Source: an uncultured Victivallis sp.
Lineage (GTDB): Bacteria > Verrucomicrobiota > Lentisphaeria > Victivallales > GWF2-50-93
Direction: 5' to 3'
DNA: 64,000 nucleotides
NCBI GenBank assembly: GCA_964540865.1
Contig: CAZION010000011.1
Coordinates: 609 to 64,608, forward strand
In this document: in pieces, positions 53,141 through 63,628 of the stretch
How the letters are laid out: each line of letters starts with the position of its first letter
Numbering within the stretch: the stretch's first letter is position 1
Position numbers and translations under genes: made by a program
Notes under the pieces: generated by a model
Told to the model about the DNA's origin: nothing
Databases searched by the model: none
Seen by the model: the letters and a program-made list of their open reading frames with translations, nothing else

Positions 53141-53788
53141 TCACCAGCCGGATTCCCTGAGTGAGTCCATGTTTATTTTTGAGTTTCTTGGCATTGTTTC
53201 CGAATATTTTAAATGATTGAGGACGTACTTGCCTATGAGATCCGTTTCTATGTTGACCAGGTCACCGGTTTTCCTGCCGCTTAGGGATGTCATTCCGATT
53301 GTCGAAGGAATAAGATGCACGGTAAAACAGTCCATATTTACCTTAACTAATGTAAGAGATACGCCATCGACAGCCACGCTTCCCTTCTCAACCAGGAAAG
53401 GTCCGAGTTCTTTAGGATAATTGACAGTGAGCACCCAGTCGTCGCCTTCCTTCTCAAGTTTTTTCACAGCACAGGCGGCGTCAATGTGGCCTGTTACAAG
53501 ATGGCCGCCCAACCTGTCTCCAAGCGACATCGCCCTTTCGATGTTGACTTCCGCGCCAAATGGAAGAGCGCCGAGATTTGTTTTACTGAAGCTTTCCTGA
53601 AGGACATGAAATGTGAGAAGCTTTCCCGATGAGTCTTCGAGTGTGAGGCATGCCCCGTTAACAGAAATGCTCTCTCCAGTGACTGGATTTACAAGAGGGC
53701 TTTTCAGTTCAATAAGGAGCTTCCCGGCTTTCCCGGACAGCTTCCTGTCTGCGATTTTCGCAACTGTCTGTATTATTCCTGTAAACAT
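53141..53788 (-). CDS. ribE: Riboflavin synthase
   Basis: MFTGIIQTVAKI N-terminus from ATG 53788. Two lumazine-binding repeats (..GESISVNGACLT.., ..GSVAVDGVSLT..) and GDRLGGHLVTGHID. The track ORF from 53872 adds 28 unlikely residues. Confidence 0.9.
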   Translation of the reverse strand: MFTGIIQTVAKIADRKLSGKAGKLLIELKSPLVNPVTGESISVNGACLTLEDSSGKLLTFHVLQESFSKTNLGALPFGAEVNIERAMSLGDRLGGHLVTGHIDAACAVKKLEKEGDDWVLTVNYPKELGPFLVEKGSVAVDGVSLTLVKVNMDCFTVHLIPSTIGMTSLSGRKTGDLVNIETDLIGKYVLNHLKYSETMPRNSKINMDSLRESGW

Positions 53789-54045
53789 ATATTCCCAATG
53801 AATTGAAAAATTCCGCAAATATATATCATATCGGATGATTAGCCAGTAAGCGATAGTGATTTTGGTTTTCATTCCTTAGCAGAGACAATGCGCCGGAACT
53901 GCCCATTGAGCATAAGTAGTGAATGAACAAATAATACATGCTAGGTTGATTTATGTCTTTGCAGGTATAATAATTCAATAGAGCTTGAAATTGCTGAGAA
54001 TAAGAATTATTATTATAATCATAAATATAAAGGGGGGACTGACAA

Positions 54046-57000
54046 ATGAAAATTATCAACTCCACGGATAGGATTCAGGCTTTTAACCATGAAAACAGAC
54101 TAAGGGATTTTAATATAAGCTCCATCCCGAATATATCTATCAGCTCTCTGCCGGGGCATCTACTTTCACGACTGTCGGGTCTGCTCCTGATATTTTTCGC
54201 GTTTATTATGTTTTCGTCATACGCTAATGCTAATTATAGTGTGACCATGCAGCAACCGCCAAACGGAGAGGGCACGGTTGCTCCGCCAGTGCCAGGTCCG
54301 ATTGTATTTGTTCCCCCCATGAATATAGCCGCCACCCCTAATTCCGGTTATATCTTTGTAACATGGACCTCGGCTCCGTCGGGCAACGCAATTTTTGGAG
54401 ATGCCACCAGCCAGGCTACTAGCATAACGTCCGTGTCTAGCGATGTCACCGTATCTGCGACTTTTTCCCCGGCCTACACTCTTACCATGGCAATGAACCC
54501 TGCAGGTACTCCTACTCCAGGGATTGTCACTCCAACCACAGGATCATATACAGTTCCCTCAGGGACTCCTCAACCTATCACTGCAACTGCCGTATCCAAT
54601 TATGCTTTTCTAAATTGGACTGCGTCTTCCGGGAATGCCACGTTTGGAGATTCAACCAGTCCATCAACAACTGTGACACTGACCGGAGATGCCACGGTCA
54701 CTGCCAATTTTATTGAAGGATGTTTCCTGACGACACAGGTCCTTCCCTACTCTACATGGGGCACAGTCTCCCCGTCCGGAGCGTCGATCATCGAACCGTT
54801 GAATACAAAGATACCAATCTCAGCAGCAACTCCCCCTGGAAACAAATACAGTTTCGCAGGATGGACACAGGATACGAGTAACAACGCCACATTTGACAAT
54901 CCTTCAGCAGCTTCAACTAACGTAACTCTACAGGGAAATGCAACGATATATGCCAACTTCAACGCCACGTATACCATTTCCCTGGAAAACCTAAATGGAT
55001 TGCCTAGCAGCAGATATACTGTCTATGTCATCGGATACAGCACGAGTTCACAAAAAATGCTGAATGTGGGCAGCAATAAAGTCGGCGCATTCATTCCCAT
55101 GCCTTCCTCCACCGGCAATATCCCCTCCTATAAGCTCAACGACGAGATAACCAGCATAACAGTCAGCAATACCAATCCCCTGGATGGCGTCCGGATTTAT
55201 TTCTTCGTGGCCGACAACACAGTTACATACACAGACAATCCGGGAACCAATGGCGGACCTCAATTTACATACACTGCAAACGGAACAAAAGTAACGCAGT
55301 GTAAAAACCCACCGCAGAAAGAATACCCCATATTCAACTATATAGAACTGACTTTCCTGGCCGGACAGGACATGTATATCGATGTATCAAGCGTGGATGG
55401 ATTCTTCTATCCAGTCACCATAACTGCATTAGATGGCGATGGCAATACCATCAGTCAGGTCGGACAGCCGATTCCCAGCAGCATCACCGGAGATAAAGTA
55501 GTAAAAGCCTATAAACCTTTCATGGCCAACCTTACAGCCAATGGTGAGGCCGCAAGCCCATATAATATCTTGCAACAAAACCCCAATCCAGTTTCCGGCT
55601 CCAATGCAATAGGATTGATCAATCCGGGCCTCTACCTCCAGCAAAACACAGCGGAATCGATGAGCAACCCACTGCATGCCGTATTTGACGACGCCTTGAC
55701 TACGATGTTCAAGAACAGCGCATTCTACGGTAAAATGAGCTTATGGCAGAACGGAACCGGCACATACAGCGACTTCTTTACCGTCTCAGCAGTAACGGCG
55801 ACGTATCCATATCCAGCCAGCAACGCCAATACCCATTCGGCCCTGACGTTCACCGGCAAAACCTCCGGAAGCACATTCACAGTATTCAACCCCGTGGGAT
55901 TTTCCGTGGTCAATTACAAGGGGGCAGACAATAAATATTATCAGATCACCGGGACAATCCAGACAAACAATAATATTACTGTACTGACTTTCGACAATGT
56001 CGCAAATCCGATGCCTGCGGACACGCCGCTCGCCGTAGGCATGTATGTCAATACCAGTGGTGGAACAACGGATGGCACAACTCAGATTACTGCAATCACC
56101 AATGATGAGACTGGAAACTATATAGCGTCGGTGACCCTCAGCGGAAGTACAGATTCTACAACATCATGTCAATATATGTTCTCCAAAGCGCCCACTAACT
56201 TTTATTTTTCGTCCGGATGCATGGTCTTCGCCGGCCTTGGACTAATGGCTGACGGGGGAATCAGAACAGACACAACGGATCCGAACGTTCAGACTGTCAT
56301 AAAAGGCTTGGAGAATCAAATCGCGACCGCGCTGAACCGCGGTGTTGGAGTTGTAGACTTTTCTGCTGTTCAAGGCGCGTTCACTGGAGATGGGCACACC
56401 ACGGACAACTGGGCGACTGAAACCAATTGGTATCCAAAGCTCCAGCCCCAAAACTTTTTCTCATTGTTCATGCATACCGCACAAGTCGGCGAGGAAAATA
56501 TTTTCACGCTGCCGCAGAATGCTGTGGCAACAGCTAGAGGAAGCCTTATGGCCATGTCCTATGGATTCTGCTACGATGAGAATCCGATGCACAGCATTCC
56601 CGGCCCACAGGTTCCTTCCGAATTCCCTGTGCCGTTTCCAGAGAACACCGCAAGTCTCAAATTGACACTTGGGCCATGGTACACTTCATCGCTGACCATG
56701 GCGGTCAACAACGCAGAAGGCGGCACAATATCGCCGGATGCGGGCAGTTATGACTACTCTTATGTGTCAAGCATACCTATTAGCGCAACAGCTTCAACTG
56801 GCTACCAATTCGGAGGATGGAACGTGTCCGGCAATGCCTCGGTGGACAATCCCAGCGCCGTGGACGCCAACTTAACCCTCACCGGCGCCGCTGCGACCGC
56901 GACTGCGAACTTCGCAATGAGCCAGGATATATCCAGCATTACCGGGGGTGGCGTGATATCTATCAGAGATCTGTCCGATTCCAAGGGCGGCATGAAGAAA

Positions 57001-60000
57001 ATCTTTGTGTTCAATGTAACGACCGAGAACAACTTCAAGCTGACAACATCCGGAGGCCCCGGCGACTGCGACTTATATGTGAAGCATGGCATGGCGCCAA
57101 CCCTTGCCGACTATCAGCACAAGAGCACTTCGAGAGGCAATGGGGAGATTGTTACTATCAACAATCCGGCAGCCGGAGACTGGTATGTCCTTCTTTATTC
57201 CGCTGCGGACTTCGCAAATGTCAGCCTTGACATTGAAGTCAATGCCGCCGTTCCGAAAAAGCCGTCTCTAAACGGTTCGATGTCAGGCACGAAGGTGAAT
57301 CTGTCTTGGAGCATGGCAGCCGGGGAGAAATACGACATCTACCGTAGCGAGACCAATTCGACCTCCGCCGCATCTGTCATACGCTCGAATCTTGCCACGC
57401 CTTCACACCAAGAGGCGTTTACAGGGACGTACCACTACTATTGGGTGAAGGCGAAGAAAGACGATCCCGGCAATCCCGGTAAATACATCGAGAGCGATTT
57501 CAGCGATGTAGCACAGCCGAACGGTCCTGATCTCATCCTGAAAACCCTGTCGAATGGAGTGCCTGTAACCGGAATAAGCGGTGACGCATTTTCTACAAAG
57601 ACATACCAAATTGATGTCCCGGAGGGGCAGGTGCTGCTTGAAATAAAGGCATATGGCGGCAAAGGCGACTATGATCTGGCTGCCGGATTGGATGGAAGTC
57701 CGGAAAGGTACCGGGCGCTCGTCGATTCCTCACTCGAGATCATCCGCATAGAGAATCCTGCAGCAGGTTCCTACCTGATACAACTCTATGGAAAGACTGC
57801 ATACACTGGAGCTGCCATTGTCGCGAAATACTATGGCCTTCCACCGGAACGGGTCACAGGTCTCACCGCAAGCCAGGGAAGCTTCCCGGACAGGATCATC
57901 CTGGGATGGAAGGATTCGTCTGGAGCCACATTCTACGAAATCTGGAGGAGTAAGACAAAGTTCCTGGAGGATGCCTCAAAGATAGGGGATGCCTCGGACA
58001 ACTCTTACGAGGACAATACTGGCCTGGAGGTTGGGCTCACCTACCATTATTGGATCAAGGCGGGCAATTCCGCAGGCAGTTCCAAGGAGAGCGCAAGTGC
58101 ATCAGGCTATTTGATGAAAAGCCCTTCCCTTATCCCGACAGGACTGAAAGCCAGCAATTCACATTTTGACAGAATTGTTGTCACGTGGCCTAGATATGCC
58201 GGGGCTTCGAGCTATCTGGTTTACAGGAATGCGGTCAGAAACCCGGATGGTGCCGTATTTCTTGCAGAAGTGGCAAACGTGAATTACATGACCAAATATT
58301 CGTATGACAACATGGGCGACGATCTTACCATGGGAGCAACATACTATTATTTCATAAAGGCCAAGAACGGAAGCGGGACAAGCGATTTCAGCCTTGCTGC
58401 AAAAGGAAACCTTAACAATAAGGGGCCGGCATCCATCGCTGCCAGCAAGGGCACCTATTTTGGAAAAGTCAGGATAACATGGCCTTCAGTTGCTGGAGCG
58501 GCGGGATACGAAGTCAACCGCTACACCGACAAGGGCCTTACCCAGAACGAGCAAGTCTATAATGCCGGCGACAATCTTTTCTACAACGATGCCGCAGCCG
58601 TAAAAGGGACTACCTATTACTACAAGGTCAGGGCGAAATACAAGACTCTTTACAGCCTATTCAGCCCTTCGGACTCGGGATATCACAGCGAAAATATAGC
58701 TTCGCTGTCCGCTCCGGCAATCAAAAGCGTAACCAAGGGCGCCTTTGGTTTCGTGAGAATAACCTGGTCGATGGTGACACTCGCCGAGAACTACAAGATC
58801 TATAGGAACACCGTGAATGCCTTCGGGACTTCGCAGCTTATAGCGACTTCGGCAAGCACATCCTGTGACGATATTACTGCTGTTCCGGATACCACCTATT
58901 GGTACTGGATCAAGGCGAACAATGATTCTGCCGAAGCGACAAGTGTCCCGAGCGCATCGATGTCGGGCTTTGCGAAATCCGCAAGCACTGGTATTGCAGA
59001 TGGCGGGAGCGCGACCACTGACGGAGCAAAGAACAGCTACAAGTTCTATGCGATAAACGTACTGAAGGAGACGACTAGGCTGGTGATAAACCTCGACGGG
59101 ACTTCCAACGCCAACAACTGTGAACTGTATGTGAAGCTCGCTTCCTATCCCTCCACATCGTCATTCAATGAAAAAGGCCTCGATGCCGCAGGCGGCAAGA
59201 CCTTGACGGTGACCAATCCGGCAGAGGGAACATGGTACATTCTCCTCTATGGCAGGACTGACTACACGAATGTCACGCTGAACGTCAACTGCTATTCCGT
59301 AAGCGATATAATCGTCACTGAAGCTCCTTTGAACAACTGCCTGCCAACCCTCACCCTGAAATTCAAGGGGCAGGTTATCGACCAGGCTGGCAAAGGTATT
59401 CCCGGACTAAACCTGCAGGCTAGAGATTCCATCACCGGAAACACCACATGGCTTGCTGCTAAGACTAATGCCGGCGGCTTCTGGACTTTCACCGGAAATC
59501 TCGACAGGGAGGGGGCGTACGCATTTGATTTCTTCTTCACATCTTTGCCAGATCAGGCAAAGGGTACCGCCACACACACTGTCTTCACAAGAAAGGATTG
59601 CTGGTATCCGGATGGCTATTTCGACTTCTCCTCATATATGACGGGTCTATCAACTGCCCTCAACCTTGGTGAGACCATAGGATTGCAGGACTATCTGAAC
59701 ATACGCAAGGGCTGGAATACCGGTGCAATCGACATGGATTCCGAGAAGATATGGATCACCGGTACACTGGGCAGGGCATCTTCCGATACAGACATATTGA
59801 ACAATATGGATGACGGTCTGTACATGTTGTTCTATGCTTTCGACGGAACTGGCTGCGGCAATGATTTGACTTCAGACTCCGCGCTCAGACCCTATCCTCT
59901 CCTTGTACATGTGATACCAGGAAAACTCAACACAGTTGCAGACAACCTAGTCGCCCTTGGAGTGCTCGGAGATACTCAGAAGAACCAGTTGCTAGCCGGA

Positions 60001-60246
60001 AAGACAGTAGTTGTCACCGTTGCGGCATTGAGCAATCCCGGAGAGGATGTGTCCAACGAGAGGGGCGTCTCCCTCATGGCGCGCGAACAGCTTGAGGCGC
60101 TTGCGAATCTCGCAGCGAACAATTCCAAGGTGTCTTTCACAGAGGACAGGAAGTTCGGGGATGTCATGACGAAAGTCATTAAGATCAAGGTGGACGGTGA
60201 CACCCACGAGTTCAACGCGGCGACAGAATGTTTCATCAAACCTTAA
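54046..60246 (+). CDS. Giant (2066 aa) secreted multidomain surface protein: InlB-B-type repeats, GH64-like core, three PPC domains, five FN3-like modules
   Basis: AAAGGGGGG Shine-Dalgarno sequence and ATG 54046, with a long-n-region signal peptide (..LLLIFFAFIMFSSYANA). Repeats of the type GTVAPP..ATPNSGYIFVTWTSAP..VSATF. Core with RIYFFVADN, FNYIELTFLAGQDMYIDVSSVDGFFYPV and MSYGFCYDENP. PPC motifs GDCDLYVKHG..NPAAGDWYVLLY, GDYDLAAG..NPAAGSYLIQLYG and NCELYVKL..NPAEGTWYILLYG. FN3-like modules ending ..YHYWIKA, ..YYYFIKA, ..YYYKVRA and ..YWYWIKA. Confidence 0.85.
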   Translation: MKIINSTDRIQAFNHENRLRDFNISSIPNISISSLPGHLLSRLSGLLLIFFAFIMFSSYANANYSVTMQQPPNGEGTVAPPVPGPIVFVPPMNIAATPNSGYIFVTWTSAPSGNAIFGDATSQATSITSVSSDVTVSATFSPAYTLTMAMNPAGTPTPGIVTPTTGSYTVPSGTPQPITATAVSNYAFLNWTASSGNATFGDSTSPSTTVTLTGDATVTANFIEGCFLTTQVLPYSTWGTVSPSGASIIEPLNTKIPISAATPPGNKYSFAGWTQDTSNNATFDNPSAASTNVTLQGNATIYANFNATYTISLENLNGLPSSRYTVYVIGYSTSSQKMLNVGSNKVGAFIPMPSSTGNIPSYKLNDEITSITVSNTNPLDGVRIYFFVADNTVTYTDNPGTNGGPQFTYTANGTKVTQCKNPPQKEYPIFNYIELTFLAGQDMYIDVSSVDGFFYPVTITALDGDGNTISQVGQPIPSSITGDKVVKAYKPFMANLTANGEAASPYNILQQNPNPVSGSNAIGLINPGLYLQQNTAESMSNPLHAVFDDALTTMFKNSAFYGKMSLWQNGTGTYSDFFTVSAVTATYPYPASNANTHSALTFTGKTSGSTFTVFNPVGFSVVNYKGADNKYYQITGTIQTNNNITVLTFDNVANPMPADTPLAVGMYVNTSGGTTDGTTQITAITNDETGNYIASVTLSGSTDSTTSCQYMFSKAPTNFYFSSGCMVFAGLGLMADGGIRTDTTDPNVQTVIKGLENQIATALNRGVGVVDFSAVQGAFTGDGHTTDNWATETNWYPKLQPQNFFSLFMHTAQVGEENIFTLPQNAVATARGSLMAMSYGFCYDENPMHSIPGPQVPSEFPVPFPENTASLKLTLGPWYTSSLTMAVNNAEGGTISPDAGSYDYSYVSSIPISATASTGYQFGGWNVSGNASVDNPSAVDANLTLTGAAATATANFAMSQDISSITGGGVISIRDLSDSKGGMKKIFVFNVTTENNFKLTTSGGPGDCDLYVKHGMAPTLADYQHKSTSRGNGEIVTINNPAAGDWYVLLYSAADFANVSLDIEVNAAVPKKPSLNGSMSGTKVNLSWSMAAGEKYDIYRSETNSTSAASVIRSNLATPSHQEAFTGTYHYYWVKAKKDDPGNPGKYIESDFSDVAQPNGPDLILKTLSNGVPVTGISGDAFSTKTYQIDVPEGQVLLEIKAYGGKGDYDLAAGLDGSPERYRALVDSSLEIIRIENPAAGSYLIQLYGKTAYTGAAIVAKYYGLPPERVTGLTASQGSFPDRIILGWKDSSGATFYEIWRSKTKFLEDASKIGDASDNSYEDNTGLEVGLTYHYWIKAGNSAGSSKESASASGYLMKSPSLIPTGLKASNSHFDRIVVTWPRYAGASSYLVYRNAVRNPDGAVFLAEVANVNYMTKYSYDNMGDDLTMGATYYYFIKAKNGSGTSDFSLAAKGNLNNKGPASIAASKGTYFGKVRITWPSVAGAAGYEVNRYTDKGLTQNEQVYNAGDNLFYNDAAAVKGTTYYYKVRAKYKTLYSLFSPSDSGYHSENIASLSAPAIKSVTKGAFGFVRITWSMVTLAENYKIYRNTVNAFGTSQLIATSASTSCDDITAVPDTTYWYWIKANNDSAEATSVPSASMSGFAKSASTGIADGGSATTDGAKNSYKFYAINVLKETTRLVINLDGTSNANNCELYVKLASYPSTSSFNEKGLDAAGGKTLTVTNPAEGTWYILLYGRTDYTNVTLNVNCYSVSDIIVTEAPLNNCLPTLTLKFKGQVIDQAGKGIPGLNLQARDSITGNTTWLAAKTNAGGFWTFTGNLDREGAYAFDFFFTSLPDQAKGTATHTVFTRKDCWYPDGYFDFSSYMTGLSTALNLGETIGLQDYLNIRKGWNTGAIDMDSEKIWITGTLGRASSDTDILNNMDDGLYMLFYAFDGTGCGNDLTSDSALRPYPLLVHVIPGKLNTVADNLVALGVLGDTQKNQLLAGKTVVVTVAALSNPGEDVSNERGVSLMAREQLEALANLAANNSKVSFTEDRKFGDVMTKVIKIKVDGDTHEFNAATECFIKP

Positions 60247-60332
60247 GAGGGAATTGCAGGCAGGAATGCCCGGATTACTCTGGAAAAGATTCATTGATGA
60301 TATATTTTTGTCCGCAAGGATGAAAATATATC

Positions 60333-61415
60333 ATGACTGAAAAAATGCCTAAAAAACTTGTGGCGGCTATTAGCGGCGGAGTCGACTCCAGTGTTGCCGC
60401 CGCAATTGCAATTGAGCAGGGATGTGAATTAATTGCAGTTACGCTCAAGATGCGTTCGTGTGATAATTTGCCGGACAAGAGGAAATCGTGCTGTGGGATT
60501 GAGGACGACATGTATGCACGCGGGGCGGCCGATAAACTCGGGATTCCCCATTATTTCCTAAATGTGAAGGAGCAGTTTGAGGAAAAGATTTTGGGCAAGG
60601 CGTGGAAGGAATACGCTCTAGGCAGGACTCCAAACCCGTGCGCCTTGTGCAACCGCTATCTGAAATTCGGCGCACTCCTTGACTATGCAATGAAAATCGG
60701 GGCCGGCGGTATCATCACCGGACATTACTCGAAAATTGAAAGGAACGAGTCGGGAGTGTTCCTGCATCGCGGGGTTGATCCTGAGAAAGACCAGTCTTAT
60801 TTCCTTTTCGGCCTGACTCCTGAACAGCTAGGGAAATCATTCATGCCTCTGGGCCCTTTCACAAAACGCGAAGTTCGCGAAAAAGCACGCAGTTTCGGGC
60901 TTCCCAATGCCGAGAAAACCGAAAGCCAGGATGCGTGTTTCGGCTTCCGGGACGAAACATTCGCGCAAACACTCTGCGGTTTATTCAAAGGAACCCCGGA
61001 AAAAGGGCTGATCAAGGACAAATCTGGAAAAGTCATAGCGGAGCATGACGGCATCCATCTATTTACAATTGGACAACGCAGGGGGCTTGGAATAGCGCTT
61101 GGAGCGCCTGCATATGTTGTGGAGATCCACCAGGACTCCGGAGATGTCATTGTCTCCAAAGATGAAAATGACCTCCTGTCGGATCGCCTGACTGCTTCAA
61201 ACCTGAACTGGCAGATTGCGGATTTCGCAGCACGTAGGTTCAAGTGTCAGGCGCAGATCCGTTACAGGGGCAAGGCGGTTGAAGCGGAAGTTTTTCAGCT
61301 GCCAAGCGACAGGGTGGAAGTGAAGTTTGAAAAAAATGTGCGCGCCATCACCCCGGGGCAGGCTGTAGTGTTTTATGAAGGCGACCGTCTTATCGGCGGC
61401 GGTTGGATTGATTGA
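60333..61415 (+). CDS. mnmA: tRNA 2-thiouridine(34) synthase
   Basis: VAAISGGVDSSVAA PP-loop, ..NPCALCNRYLKF.., ..ITGHYS.. and ..DQSYFLF.., with the C-terminal barrel ..PGQAVVFYEGDRLIGGGWI. Confidence 0.9.
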   Translation: MTEKMPKKLVAAISGGVDSSVAAAIAIEQGCELIAVTLKMRSCDNLPDKRKSCCGIEDDMYARGAADKLGIPHYFLNVKEQFEEKILGKAWKEYALGRTPNPCALCNRYLKFGALLDYAMKIGAGGIITGHYSKIERNESGVFLHRGVDPEKDQSYFLFGLTPEQLGKSFMPLGPFTKREVREKARSFGLPNAEKTESQDACFGFRDETFAQTLCGLFKGTPEKGLIKDKSGKVIAEHDGIHLFTIGQRRGLGIALGAPAYVVEIHQDSGDVIVSKDENDLLSDRLTASNLNWQIADFAARRFKCQAQIRYRGKAVEAEVFQLPSDRVEVKFEKNVRAITPGQAVVFYEGDRLIGGGWID

Positions 61416-61583
61416 GCCTCCTTAACCTTATATAAAAACAGGATAATTGGCAATATTTTTGATTATTGTGTTTATTTGTTCAATAATGGTGCTATTTTTT
61501 AACCTTCCTATGTATTTTCAGGATGACTTGTGACCTAAGTTTTTCAAAATAAATGATTTTGTATATCATCTGGAGGTTTTTTT

Positions 61584-62705
61584 GTGTCGAAAATTTTTGT
61601 GACAGGGATAACGGGTTTAGTTGGCAGCGCATTTTCGGCGATGCTCCTTGAACGCTGTGATGATATTCAAATTATTGCACTTGTAAGGGGTTCTGACTTC
61701 TGCAGCGCAAAGGACAGGGTTGACCAGATTATCCGTGATCAGTGTGTCTTTGACGGAAGACCCGAACTTGCCAATTCCATACTCAAAAGAATTAAAACCA
61801 TTGACGCTGAAATTTCATCCGTAGATGAGAAATTATTATTAAAGAAGCTTAAAGGTGTCGATATATTCTTCCATTGCGCTGCCGATGTGAATTTCGGGAA
61901 AGATCCTGAAGGCAGAACCTTTAAGACAAATTATGAAGGCACCCGAAAGATGCTGACTCTTGCAGCAAAACTCAAGGTCAAATCTTTCCATTATGTAAGC
62001 ACCGCTTATGTGGCTGGAAAGCACATAGGTCTTGTCCCGGAAGACGGGCTTGTCGCCAAGGAATTCAATAATTCCTATGAAAAAAGCAAATTCATGTCCG
62101 AACAGCTTGTCAGGGGGGCCGGCATTCCTTTCGCCATATACAGGCCTTCCATTGTCGTGGGAAGGATCTCCGACGGGAAAATAAGAAAACCTCTCGCCTT
62201 CTACAGGGTTCTTGAGTTCATGGCTAAGCTCAAGAAGCACCGTTGTTCAAAAATGAAAATCAATCCGATTAAGAAAACCACCCTTAATCTGAGGATGAAA
62301 GCGGTTCCGTCAGACAATATTTATTTTGTCCCAATTGATTATGTGCAGAAATGCATTGTCGAATTATTCCTGAATGTGCCTGTAAAGAATAAGACCTATC
62401 ATCTGACCGGCAACAGTCCGGTTTCAACCAAGATGATTGGAGAGGCGATTTGCAGAGCTCTAGGAATAGAAGGTGTTACAGTTGAAGCCGAGGTTGAGGA
62501 GCCTACTCCGGATGAAAAGGTAGTACAGAAATTCCTCGCGGATTTCCTCCCGTACTTCTCTTCACAGGGTGTCTTTGATGTAAAAAACACAAAAAAGGCC
62601 CTGGGTTGCCCTTCGGTTGACTGGGTTATGGATACCGATAATCTCGAAAAGATAATCCACGGATTTTATCTTGATCGTTATCCGGAACTTTTCCAAAAGC
62701 AATAA
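61584..62705 (+). CDS. SDR-superfamily NAD-binding reductase (thioester/fatty acyl-CoA reductase-like, NAD_binding_4 type)
   Basis: GTG start. IFVTGITGLVGSAF cofactor motif, ..HCAADVNF.., ..YVSTAYV.. and the catalytic YEKSK. Confidence 0.7.
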   Translation: MSKIFVTGITGLVGSAFSAMLLERCDDIQIIALVRGSDFCSAKDRVDQIIRDQCVFDGRPELANSILKRIKTIDAEISSVDEKLLLKKLKGVDIFFHCAADVNFGKDPEGRTFKTNYEGTRKMLTLAAKLKVKSFHYVSTAYVAGKHIGLVPEDGLVAKEFNNSYEKSKFMSEQLVRGAGIPFAIYRPSIVVGRISDGKIRKPLAFYRVLEFMAKLKKHRCSKMKINPIKKTTLNLRMKAVPSDNIYFVPIDYVQKCIVELFLNVPVKNKTYHLTGNSPVSTKMIGEAICRALGIEGVTVEAEVEEPTPDEKVVQKFLADFLPYFSSQGVFDVKNTKKALGCPSVDWVMDTDNLEKIIHGFYLDRYPELFQKQ

Positions 62706-62789
62706 ACTCCGGACACATATTGTCAGTTGTCTATTTAAATTTCCCGCCGCGGAAAATTTTTCTTCCTAATTGGATACTCGAAAACGAGA

Positions 62790-63626
62790 TTAGCCTCTCC
62801 TTATCCTCCAAATCAGTGACGCTATGAAGAATCCCATTGAAACCAAGACTATTGTCGCCCCTGTCGCAGTACCAAAACAGAAGGAGATAATCAGACCTGA
62901 AACTCCAGCTATCACACTGATGATGACAGCGCCCAGGGTATAGTTCGAAATATTGCCGGCGATGTTCCTGGATGCTGCCGCAGGCAGTATCAGCATGGAA
63001 TTTATTACGAGAAGTCCGATCCACTGGATGCTTATTGTCACTACGACCGCCACGGTCAGGGAGAATATGAACTCGACCAGCCAAACGTTGATTCCACGGC
63101 TTTGCGCAAGAGAACGGTTCAGGCTAACAATGAACAGTTTGTTGAAGAAAATCACCCATAATATCAGAACCCCTCCGATCACTATGATGAGTCTTGTTAT
63201 TTCAGGCTTGGAGATGGTCAGGATGTCGCCAATCAGGAATTTTGAATATTTGTTTATGCCGCCGTATTTTGACAGGATGACAAGCCCCAGTGCGACACTG
63301 AAGGCCATTACAAGTCCGACTATTGTGTCCGTTGAAGCTGCGCTGTAACGTCTGAGAACGGTTATTACGACCGTGAGCGCCCCTGCAAAAACAAGCATTG
63401 CCCATGTAGGATCAGCTAGTCCGGCAACTGCGCCGATGGCGATTCCTGTGAGAGCCGCATGCCCAAGAGCTTCTGAAAAGAAGGTCATCTGATTGTTTAT
63501 GACCATGCAGCCTAGAAGTGCAAACAGCGGCGATACGAGAAATACTGCCAGAAGCGCATTCCTCATGAATTCATAATGCGCCCATTCAAAGGGCATTTGC
63601 TGTATAAGTGTGTGCCATAGTTCCAT
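62790..63626 (-). CDS. Metal (Zn/Mn-type) ABC transporter permease, ABC-3 family
   Basis: About 8 hydrophobic helices with ..FFSEALGHAALTGIAIG.. typical of ZnuB/MntB-type permeases. ATG 63626 lies just after the upstream gene's TGA (63629-63631). Confidence 0.85.
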   Translation of the reverse strand: MELWHTLIQQMPFEWAHYEFMRNALLAVFLVSPLFALLGCMVINNQMTFFSEALGHAALTGIAIGAVAGLADPTWAMLVFAGALTVVITVLRRYSAASTDTIVGLVMAFSVALGLVILSKYGGINKYSKFLIGDILTISKPEITRLIIVIGGVLILWVIFFNKLFIVSLNRSLAQSRGINVWLVEFIFSLTVAVVVTISIQWIGLLVINSMLILPAAASRNIAGNISNYTLGAVIISVIAGVSGLIISFCFGTATGATIVLVSMGFFIASLIWRIRRG

Positions 63627-63628
63627 TT

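Noticed and set aside
53789-54045. FMN riboswitch expected upstream of ribE
   Set aside because: Reading the minus strand, I see none of the conserved FMN-element segments (no GGGCGGGG/AGGGCG..CCCACCGG-type core). ribE appears to stand alone here without other rib genes.
62737-62759. Hairpin AAATTTCC-cgccgc-GGAAAATTT between the convergent reductase and ABC permease genes, considered as a bidirectional terminator
   Set aside because: The stem is short, A/T-rich and needs a bulge. It is too weak to call without a folding-energy calculation.
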